From the NCBI GenBank assembly GCA_020697715.1, contig JAEHCO010000004.1, forward strand, positions 51,665 to 115,664: a stretch of 64,000 nucleotides of DNA, given 5' to 3'. The translations under genes and the position numbers were made by a program. Below are positions 24,810 through 32,982 of the stretch, piece after piece. Position 1 is the stretch's first letter, and each line of letters starts with the position of its first letter. Below the pieces are notes generated by a model, which worked only from the letters and a program-made list of their open reading frames with translations, did not search any database and was not told where the DNA came from. The DNA is from Methanobacteriota archaeon (GTDB taxonomy: Archaea; Thermoplasmatota; Thermoplasmata; SG8-5; JAGLSY01).

Positions 24810-27062
24810 ATGAAACTTCAGATCCACGGCGTAGTTCAAGGCGTAGGTTTTCGTCCAGCAGTTGTAAAGCTGGCCGTCAGCATGAACCTTGAAGGCCACG
24901 TTCGGAATAATGGTTCGAACGTGGAAGTTCTGCTTTCCGGTAGCGAGGCAGAAGCAGATAAGTTCATCCAGATATTAAAGGATGAACTTCCCCCACTTGC
25001 CAGGATAGACCTTGTTGAGAAGTTGGAGGGGCAACCAGATCCATCAATATCTGGCTTTGTCATATTACCCAGCCAAAAGGGCAGCCGTTCCTCACCAATA
25101 CCTCCTGACACTTCGATATGCGACCCATGCCTTTCCGAACTGCTGGATGATGCAGATAGAAGACATGGATTTCCTTTCACTAACTGTACTGATTGCGGTG
25201 CACGATTTTCAATCATCCAGGATCTGCCATATGATCGCCCATTTACCACGATGGGCGATTTTCCATTGTGCCAGTCATGTCAGAACGAGTATGATAGGAT
25301 GGGCGATAGACGATTCCACGCGCAGACAATATCATGCCCGGATTGTGGGCCCAATTTTACATTACATGATGCATCTGGCCAGGCAGTCAAGGGCGGCATT
25401 GAAGGATTTGCCACCATTATCTCATCTGGCCAGTTGGGCATAATGAAGGGCTGGGGAGGCTCTCATATCGTGTGCACGTTGAAAGCTGGCATAACCCTTA
25501 GAAAATGGTATGGCAGAGAAGAAAAACCCTTTGCCATCATGGCCAGGGATATCGGAGCCGTGGGAAGATATGCAGAGGCCAGTGAGGAAGAACTGGCCTT
25601 ATTGACATCCCGCGAAAGACCCATTGTGCTGATGAGAAAGCGAGACCGCCCGGATCTAAATATTGTGTCCCCTGGGCTGGACAATATCGGCATCATGCTT
25701 CCTTATTCAGCAGTTCATCATTTATTATTCAAACATCTTGATAAAAATATAGGCGCAGTGATAATGACATCCGCAAATCCACAAGGAGAACCTATGGCGA
25801 TCACCGAGCCAGATATACTCGAGCTCGGTGCTTCCAAGTCTGCTGGTGATACGACTGCACCAGGAATAGGGAGCTATCTCCTTCATAACAGGGAGATAGC
25901 CAACCGTTGTGATGATTCGCTCATCATCCGGCATGCTGGCCACAATTATTTCATCAGAAGATCAAGAGGATTCGTACCAGTTCCTCTTGAGATAGGCCAG
26001 ACGGGCAGTTTCATCGGATTGGGAGCACATGAGAACCTTACTTCAGCCATTGGATCTGCGGGCTTCATCTACCCCAGCCAGTACATTGGAAAGTCCAGTA
26101 AATATGGAGTTCTTGATTTCTTGGAGAGCGCGACAAGGCACATGATGAATCTTCGCGGGATCTGGGAGGTCAATGGCATCGGTATCGATATGCACCCGGG
26201 CTATGGGAATCGAAAACTGGCCAAGAGAATGGCTAGCGAGTTCGATTGCGAAATAATGGAGATACAGCATCATTGGGCACATGCGGCCAGCCTGCTTGTG
26301 GATGCGGGCATTGATGAGGCTGTCGTCATGACACTGGATGGAACAGGCTATGGCGCGGATGGGAATGCATGGGGCGGGGAAATACTGGCCGCAACTCTTT
26401 CAGACTATGAAAGAGTTGGTCATCTTGCCGAATTCCCACTGCTTGGCGGAGAGGCCGCTGTGAAAGAGCCGATGAGACTGGCCTTTGCGATGGCCAGTCA
26501 ATCCAATAGACCATTCCACAATGCCACCAGGGAAGAACATGATATCTTCGGAAAGATGATGGATAATGCGCCCAGAACAACAAGCGCGGGGCGAGTTCTT
26601 GATGCCATCTCATACACGCTTGGAGTGTGCGATTCTCGAACATATGATGGCGAGCCAGCAATGAAATTAGAGAGACTTATTAATTCCAATATAAATATTA
26701 ATAAAGATTTATTTAATTCATTCAATATTAAAGACAATGTTATAGACCACATCACGCCCTTTGGAGAGATGCTTGACATCGTATCCAAGCCCACATACAG
26801 TGGCAAACGTGAGAAGCTGGCCAGTGCTTATGTTTCCAAGCTTGTGAAGGCCCTATGTGATGTGGCCGTGCAGGCTGCCGAAGATAAAGACATCAAGCGC
26901 ATTGGACTGACAGGCGGTGTCAGCTACAATATTCCAATTACTGATATGATCATGAAGGAGCTGGCCGCACAAGGATATGAACTTGTGCGCCATGATCGAG
27001 TACCCAATGGAGACGGGGGGATATCAATTGGCCAGTGTGCGATCATCGCATCTTCAATATAA
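24810..27062 (+). CDS. hypF: [NiFe]-hydrogenase maturation carbamoyltransferase HypF
   Basis: GVVQGVGFRP, CDPC/CTDC/CQSC/CPDC zinc fingers, QHHWAH and PNGDGGISIGQ. Confidence 0.96.
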   Translation: MKLQIHGVVQGVGFRPAVVKLAVSMNLEGHVRNNGSNVEVLLSGSEAEADKFIQILKDELPPLARIDLVEKLEGQPDPSISGFVILPSQKGSRSSPIPPDTSICDPCLSELLDDADRRHGFPFTNCTDCGARFSIIQDLPYDRPFTTMGDFPLCQSCQNEYDRMGDRRFHAQTISCPDCGPNFTLHDASGQAVKGGIEGFATIISSGQLGIMKGWGGSHIVCTLKAGITLRKWYGREEKPFAIMARDIGAVGRYAEASEEELALLTSRERPIVLMRKRDRPDLNIVSPGLDNIGIMLPYSAVHHLLFKHLDKNIGAVIMTSANPQGEPMAITEPDILELGASKSAGDTTAPGIGSYLLHNREIANRCDDSLIIRHAGHNYFIRRSRGFVPVPLEIGQTGSFIGLGAHENLTSAIGSAGFIYPSQYIGKSSKYGVLDFLESATRHMMNLRGIWEVNGIGIDMHPGYGNRKLAKRMASEFDCEIMEIQHHWAHAASLLVDAGIDEAVVMTLDGTGYGADGNAWGGEILAATLSDYERVGHLAEFPLLGGEAAVKEPMRLAFAMASQSNRPFHNATREEHDIFGKMMDNAPRTTSAGRVLDAISYTLGVCDSRTYDGEPAMKLERLINSNININKDLFNSFNIKDNVIDHITPFGEMLDIVSKPTYSGKREKLASAYVSKLVKALCDVAVQAAEDKDIKRIGLTGGVSYNIPITDMIMKELAAQGYELVRHDRVPNGDGGISIGQCAIIASSI

Positions 27063-27151
27063 CTCGTTGGAATTGTGTAATGAAAGTTGTGTTTTTTAGT
27101 GATTAGCTTTATTAGTTTGACATTTATTATCCAGAGACATATAGTGGAAGT

Positions 27152-28813
27152 GTGAAAATGTCAATCAAGGTCCTTATAGTCGGTGGAGTGGCCGGCGGAG
27201 CAAGTGCAGCGACAAGAGCCAGGCGGCTGAGCGAGGAAGCCGAGATAATTCTTTTCGAGAGAGGCGAGTATGTCTCTTTTGCCAATTGCGGATTACCGTA
27301 TTTCATAGGTAATGAGATCAAAGATCGCAATGCCCTTATCGTCACCCAGCCAGAACTTCTGCGCGATCGCTTCAATATAGACGTCAGAACAATGGCCGAG
27401 GTCATCGATATTGACAGGGAAGCAAAGCAAGCGACCATATTGGATCACACCACCGGCCAGGAATATGAAGAAGGATATGACAAGCTCATTCTCAGCCCAG
27501 GTGGCCAGCCTATAAAGCCGCCTTTCAAAGGGATCGACCTCGATACGGTATTCACACTCTGGACCATTCCGGATTCGGATAAGATCAAGGCTTATATCGA
27601 AACAAAGCAACCAAGATCCGCCGTAGTAATTGGAGGCGGATTCATCGGCCTGGAGATGGCCGAGAATTTAAAAGAACTTGGCCTGGAGGTCACCATAGTC
27701 GAGATGCTGGATCAAGTTCTTCCACCACTGGACTACGAGATGGTGTCACTTGTCCAGTTAAATCTTAAAAGACATGGCATCAAACTCCATCTTTCAGATG
27801 CTGTGGATTCATTTGAAAAGATTGATGGCCAGACCATCGTCCGAACCAAAAGTGGAGCAGAACTAGCCACCGATATGGTGATACTTTCTATCGGTGTGAG
27901 ACCGAACAATGAGCTGGCAAAAAAAGCCGGGTTGGAATTGGGACAACGCGGTGGAGTTATCACTGACGAGACAATGATGACATCCGACCCAAATATCTAC
28001 GCGGCAGGAGATGTTATCGAAGTTACGGATTATGTCAATGAACAGCCCGCCATGATACCACTGGCTGGCCCTGCCAATAAGCAAGGTCGTATCGCGGCCG
28101 ACAATGTATTCGGCAAAAATTCAGTTTACAAGGGAACACAGGGTTCTGCCATCGTGAAGGTATTTGATCAAACGGTCGCGATGACTGGCAATAGCGAAAA
28201 AACACTCCAGCGCCTTGAGATTCCTTATCTAACCGCTTACACGAACAATGGCTCACACGCCTCTTACTATCCAGGCGCACAGCACATGGATATCAAACTT
28301 CTTTTCGCTCCTGGAGATGGTAAAATACTCGGAGCCCAGATAGTGGGTATGGATGGCGCGGACAAGCGCATTGACGTGCTGGCGACCGCCATTCGGGCAA
28401 AGATGACGGTCTTCGACCTTGAGGAATTGGAGCTGGCATATGCACCTCCATTCTCTTCAGCAAAGGATCCGGTCAATATGGCGGGATTTGTTGCCAGTAA
28501 TATGCTCAAGGGCGATCTGGATACCATCAACTGGAACCAGGTGGATGATATCGATCCAGCTTCACAAGTTCTGCTGGATGTTCGTGACGGCTTCGAAGTC
28601 AATGTGCAGGGCGTGATAGCAGAAGGCATGCACATACCACTTAACCAGCTCAGAAGTAGGTTAAATGAGCTGGACAAATCAAAGACATACATCATATATT
28701 GTGTGGTCGGCCAGCGTGGTTATATCGCATACAGGATGCTTGTGCAAAATGGATTCAAAGCAAAGAACCTCAATGGCGGCTATAATATTTACTTCGCGGC
28801 TAAGAATGGATGA
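27152..28813 (+). CDS. CoA-disulfide/persulfide reductase with C-terminal rhodanese domain (CoADR-RHD/Npsr-like)
   Basis: GGVAGG, SFANCG, GGGFIG and YAPPFS motifs; rhodanese YCVVGQR. Confidence 0.9.
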   Translation: MKMSIKVLIVGGVAGGASAATRARRLSEEAEIILFERGEYVSFANCGLPYFIGNEIKDRNALIVTQPELLRDRFNIDVRTMAEVIDIDREAKQATILDHTTGQEYEEGYDKLILSPGGQPIKPPFKGIDLDTVFTLWTIPDSDKIKAYIETKQPRSAVVIGGGFIGLEMAENLKELGLEVTIVEMLDQVLPPLDYEMVSLVQLNLKRHGIKLHLSDAVDSFEKIDGQTIVRTKSGAELATDMVILSIGVRPNNELAKKAGLELGQRGGVITDETMMTSDPNIYAAGDVIEVTDYVNEQPAMIPLAGPANKQGRIAADNVFGKNSVYKGTQGSAIVKVFDQTVAMTGNSEKTLQRLEIPYLTAYTNNGSHASYYPGAQHMDIKLLFAPGDGKILGAQIVGMDGADKRIDVLATAIRAKMTVFDLEELELAYAPPFSSAKDPVNMAGFVASNMLKGDLDTINWNQVDDIDPASQVLLDVRDGFEVNVQGVIAEGMHIPLNQLRSRLNELDKSKTYIIYCVVGQRGYIAYRMLVQNGFKAKNLNGGYNIYFAAKNG

Positions 28814-28831
28814 TCCATCAGTATAAGGATA

Positions 28832-28925
28832 TCAAAACCATTGGTCAAGATCAATCTGTTAGTGTTTTAGAACCATTGGTCCAGATCAATCTACCAGTGT
28901 CTCAAAACCATTGATCCAAGCTCTG
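28832..28925 (-). repeat. 35-bp-period tandem copies of the FEN1 3' end (LDQWF-stop)
   Basis: Units start at 28832, 28867 and 28902, each containing AACCATTG(G/A)TC(A/C)AG. Confidence 0.8.
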
Positions 28926-29921
28926 CTGGCTCCTCGCTTTCTTCGCAGTCCGCATCTTGCCAAGTATCGATTCGATCCTGGAGTTTGAAAAACCATAATC
29001 CTCGCACATGAACTCCATTATCTTGTCAAGGTCTGGATCATCCCATTTCATTTCATAATCATCGGTTACTTCTGGCTCGAGGAATATCTTGCGAACCGCA
29101 TCGAAGCTGGGCACATCGAACTTCTTCTGTTTGATGACCTCCTCGCCGCTTCCGAACTCCTTCACCAGCTTCAGCCCCTTCTTTGGCCCGATGCCCTTGA
29201 TACCTTCATTGAAGTCAGTCCCCATGAGAACACCGATGTCCACCAATTGTTCCCTGGTTATCTCAAGGGCATCCAGGCTTGCCTGCAGATCGATGGTCTC
29301 TGGCTCGACCGTGACATACACCTGGCGGCGCGGCATCTTCCGCCTTCCGCTAAGGGTGAGGTTCCTGACCAAGAGAGGAGTACCAAACAACAATGAATCA
29401 AAATCCTGGGAGCCAGCCGCGTACACATCTCCTTTCATGGCCATGTAACTGGCCTGCGCCTCCCCCTCCTGAGGGGCCTTGAGGCATGGAACTCCCATGT
29501 ATCCCAGTAGTTTGATGGCCTCGTCCACCATATCGCGCGTCAACTTGGAGGTCTGCTGTGCCTTTGTCCTGGCCTTTTCCATATCACCATCGGCCAGGGC
29601 TTCATCCCACTCGATCTTGGCTTTTTCCTTACGAGCCCGCCTCTCTGCCAGCGTGCTCTTTTTCAGATAATGCGGCTTTCCATCAAAGACGTAGATTGGT
29701 TTTATCCCCATCTCCAAAAGGTTAGCGGTCCGATACAATGCTCCAGACAAATGAGAAGTAACACGCCCCTTCTCGTCCATGAGGGGCGTTCCATCAGGTC
29801 CCCGAATGCTTGATAAGAACTGATAGAGCACATTGTAGCCATCGAGAGCCATCGCTCTGCCCTTGAAGTCGTCCAGCTTGACCTTATTGGCCACAAGTAT
29901 TCCGGAAATATCCAGGCCCAT
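28902..29921 (-). CDS. fen: Flap endonuclease 1
   Basis: DGYNVLYQFL, GRVTSHL, EGEAQA, SQDFDSLLFG, GTDFN, GIGPK motifs; C-terminal PIP box QQSLDQWF. Confidence 0.97.
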   Translation of the reverse strand: MGLDISGILVANKVKLDDFKGRAMALDGYNVLYQFLSSIRGPDGTPLMDEKGRVTSHLSGALYRTANLLEMGIKPIYVFDGKPHYLKKSTLAERRARKEKAKIEWDEALADGDMEKARTKAQQTSKLTRDMVDEAIKLLGYMGVPCLKAPQEGEAQASYMAMKGDVYAAGSQDFDSLLFGTPLLVRNLTLSGRRKMPRRQVYVTVEPETIDLQASLDALEITREQLVDIGVLMGTDFNEGIKGIGPKKGLKLVKEFGSGEEVIKQKKFDVPSFDAVRKIFLEPEVTDDYEMKWDDPDLDKIMEFMCEDYGFSNSRIESILGKMRTAKKARSQQSLDQWF

Positions 29922-30036
29922 AGGGGGTGGAATGTAGTGATGAGATAAGGCTTTTCTGATGATCAACTGATATATGATAAATATTTGAGAAAAGGAAAGT
30001 TTGGATTGTAAAAGAAAGCCTAAAATGTAAAAGGAA

Positions 30037-30060
30037 AGCCTGGCATTTTTCAGCCAGGCT
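30037..30060 (-). terminator. Hairpin followed by U-rich tracts on the minus strand
   Basis: AGCCTGGC-N8-GCCAGGCT downstream of the 30087-31961 gene. Confidence 0.5.
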
Positions 30061-30086
30061 CATTAGTTTCAATTTCGTGTCGGATA

Positions 30087-31961
30087 TCAGTTGTTCTTGA
30101 AATACCAGACAATACCGATCCCTGCCACGGCTATGATGGCCACCACGATCAATATCCACATGATAGGAAGGCTGTCATCTTGTGGGCCAGCGATATCCGA
30201 GTTGTAGGATGAGACACCTGTGTCCCCATCCGTATAACCAGCTATTACGGTCACCTCACTTGTGTCAATGAAGGATGGTAGCATGAATGTTCCTGTGTAT
30301 GTTCCATCACTGGCCTTCACGAGGTGTATCTGCTGTCCGCCAACCCAGCTCTGCCATACAGATTCATCTTCGCCAATATCTTCTGCATCGAGGTCGATCT
30401 CTCCTACGAAGAGCATTGCTATAACAGCATCATTGTAATCTGCTGGCATATCGACAGTCACCGTCACTTCTTCTCCAGGTATCAGATCACTGGCCTGGAC
30501 ATCTATGTTCTCATTGGCCATCTGGTCGGCAGCCAATACATATGCGCTCTGCCCATCATTACGGCCATAATCCGGCCATTCTTCGTATACTCTGTTATTG
30601 TCAAGGTCATAGGGATCATTATTGGATTGAGCTCCCTGAATATCTATGACAAAAGCAGATTCAAAGTAGAAATCGAGTACACATTGAATAGAAGGTGCTG
30701 TGAGATCCAGAGTGAAAACACCATTGTCATCAGTCTCCTTCACACCCGCGTCCACTACAGTATAAGGTGCATCTACATGGTCTGGACCGACCAGACCAGA
30801 GTTCACCGCAGTTGCTGTTATGACATAGTATATCTCACGGCTCTCAAGGGGGTAAGCATCATAGTACGCGGTATACTGGCGAGAGATGGTCTCGGACAGA
30901 TCATATGTAGATTCTTCATCATCATATATCGCATCAAAACCATCCCTAGATGGTTCATCCATTTCCTCATTGTACACGGTTCCAAATATGGATTGATTGA
31001 ATAATCCATGTACGACATAGCCTTCTACGTATTGATCACCCCAAACATCAACAAGGGACAATTCTGCAATACCGTCCTCTCCGGTCATTCCGATATCATC
31101 GACCTCTCCACCACGAACAATGGCGACGGTCGCTCCTTCTACAGCCAGACCTTCAAGGTCAGCTACACCAATATCAAAGGACACTGTATTTCCAGCTACT
31201 TTGGTCTGTCTGAACCAGACATCCAATACTTTGAGATTGATATAAGCACTAGCGTGCTGGCCAGTTTCTAATTCTACAAATAATTCATATCGACCACTCT
31301 TGTCGGTATCTGGGAGGGTGTAATCCACCTCATATACACCAACTTCAACTCTATTGTAGTCCGTGAAATTGGTTATATCTCCATCAGGATCCTCCACATA
31401 GAGATGGTCGAAATCATTCACATCCAGAAGGGCAGTTGCATGAACTGTCGAGCTGTATACTTCGATAGTGGCTTTGACCGTATCGCCAGGGTGAGCGTTT
31501 ATGGAATTCTGTCCATCAAAACTTATCTCCACACTGTCTTGATAATTCATAATATTGATACGTATGATGTCATGATCATTGTCCTCATTGTCAGTGCCTA
31601 TAATGACATTGTAATAGAAGTATAGAGCATGATCATTATCCCCAACCTCATATTCCGCACTGTATCTACCTACTGACACATAGGTAATATCCAGAACATC
31701 CGCATTGTTCATGTTATAATGTGTACTTACCGTGATGTTCAGAGTATCATTTGCAGAAGTGTCAATATCTGTAAGGACACCCTTCTGGTATATCCAAAGA
31801 TCGACCTTGACAATGTCTCCGGCGGAGTATTCTTTATCCTCGATGGTCATAACGACCTGCAAAGAATCACTTACTCCAGAGACTACTGGCAAAATACTCA
31901 CTACTAGCATCGCGATCACTGAAATAGCGATCAAACTGTTCCATCCCTTCATGTGAATCAT
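30087..31961 (-). CDS. Acidic cell-surface protein (signal peptide, Ig-like beta domains, C-terminal TM anchor)
   Basis: N-terminal hydrophobic signal; D/E/V/T-rich; C-terminal WILIVVAIIAVAGIGIVWYFK. Confidence 0.75.
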   Translation of the reverse strand: MIHMKGWNSLIAISVIAMLVVSILPVVSGVSDSLQVVMTIEDKEYSAGDIVKVDLWIYQKGVLTDIDTSANDTLNITVSTHYNMNNADVLDITYVSVGRYSAEYEVGDNDHALYFYYNVIIGTDNEDNDHDIIRINIMNYQDSVEISFDGQNSINAHPGDTVKATIEVYSSTVHATALLDVNDFDHLYVEDPDGDITNFTDYNRVEVGVYEVDYTLPDTDKSGRYELFVELETGQHASAYINLKVLDVWFRQTKVAGNTVSFDIGVADLEGLAVEGATVAIVRGGEVDDIGMTGEDGIAELSLVDVWGDQYVEGYVVHGLFNQSIFGTVYNEEMDEPSRDGFDAIYDDEESTYDLSETISRQYTAYYDAYPLESREIYYVITATAVNSGLVGPDHVDAPYTVVDAGVKETDDNGVFTLDLTAPSIQCVLDFYFESAFVIDIQGAQSNNDPYDLDNNRVYEEWPDYGRNDGQSAYVLAADQMANENIDVQASDLIPGEEVTVTVDMPADYNDAVIAMLFVGEIDLDAEDIGEDESVWQSWVGGQQIHLVKASDGTYTGTFMLPSFIDTSEVTVIAGYTDGDTGVSSYNSDIAGPQDDSLPIMWILIVVAIIAVAGIGIVWYFKNN

Positions 31962-32124
31962 CCCACGCTAATATATTCTTACAGGTATATAATAGTTAGG
32001 CTATTTATTTATGCGCGGGCACAGGTGATCCAGGCATGAGTTACACATAAAATCCGACATGTTTTTTTATCAAAATGTTAAGAAATTATGCAATATTTAA
32101 CAAATATTATTAACTCCCAGCTCC

Positions 32125-32982
32125 ATGCCCAAGCAGATGGATATCAAAGAATTATGCAAGAATATCATCGATGATCCATTCGGAGAATTGCCAGACACAG
32201 CGGACATTATCCAGCTCCTCAAAGAAGCAACGGATATATTGGCAAATGAGGAGGTCGTCGAGCACAGATCGGGCTATGGGCTTTTTATCGGCGACATCCA
32301 CGGCGATCTGTCCAGTATGCTGAAGGCATTGGACATTGCCGAACAGAGAAATGCTCTTCCGATCTTCATGGGCGATTATGTGGATAGAGGAACACATCAG
32401 ATGCAGGTGGTCAATCACCTACTGGCTCGCAAGATCCTCGAGCCAGATTCCCTCGTCCTGCTTCGCGGTAACCATGAATTCAAAGAGATAAATCTGAAAT
32501 ATGGATTCTCGGATATTGTAATGGAAAAATATCCGGAAACCGTGTACTGGCTTTACAATATCGCCTTCTCTGAATTGCCTCTTGCGGCTGTCTTGAACCG
32601 CAAGGTCATCGGGCTTCATGGTGGAGTTTCTCAAAATATTAAATATCTCAAGGAGCTGGAAGACCTGCCACTTACTGAAATGAGTGGCAGGGATGACCGC
32701 CTGGGCAATCTGTGGAATGATCCCAGCGAGGAGCATGATGGCTTTGAAAAGAATGTGAAGCGAAAGGTCTTTCAAACTTTCGGCAGGGATGTGTTCGACG
32801 AGTTCATGCGGAATAATGAACTTGACATGATGATACGCGGCCACCAGGAGATAGAGGCAGGCTTCAGATATTCATTTGATAATAAATTACTATCAATATT
32901 CTCATCCAAAGGTAATGAGAAGGTCGTGGAGCCAAAGGTGGCCTTTATTGGTGGCGGAGATATAGAGATATTATCGCTCTGA
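32125..32982 (+). CDS. PPP-family Ser/Thr protein phosphatase (metallophosphoesterase)
   Basis: GDIHG, GDYVDRG, LRGNHE, HGG, WNDP and RGHQ motifs. Confidence 0.92.
   Translation: MPKQMDIKELCKNIIDDPFGELPDTADIIQLLKEATDILANEEVVEHRSGYGLFIGDIHGDLSSMLKALDIAEQRNALPIFMGDYVDRGTHQMQVVNHLLARKILEPDSLVLLRGNHEFKEINLKYGFSDIVMEKYPETVYWLYNIAFSELPLAAVLNRKVIGLHGGVSQNIKYLKELEDLPLTEMSGRDDRLGNLWNDPSEEHDGFEKNVKRKVFQTFGRDVFDEFMRNNELDMMIRGHQEIEAGFRYSFDNKLLSIFSSKGNEKVVEPKVAFIGGGDIEILSL

Noticed and set aside
30001-30045. Short direct repeat TGTAAAAG(G)AAAGCCT
   Set aside because: Two imperfect copies overlap the terminator-like hairpin; this is best explained as local slippage.
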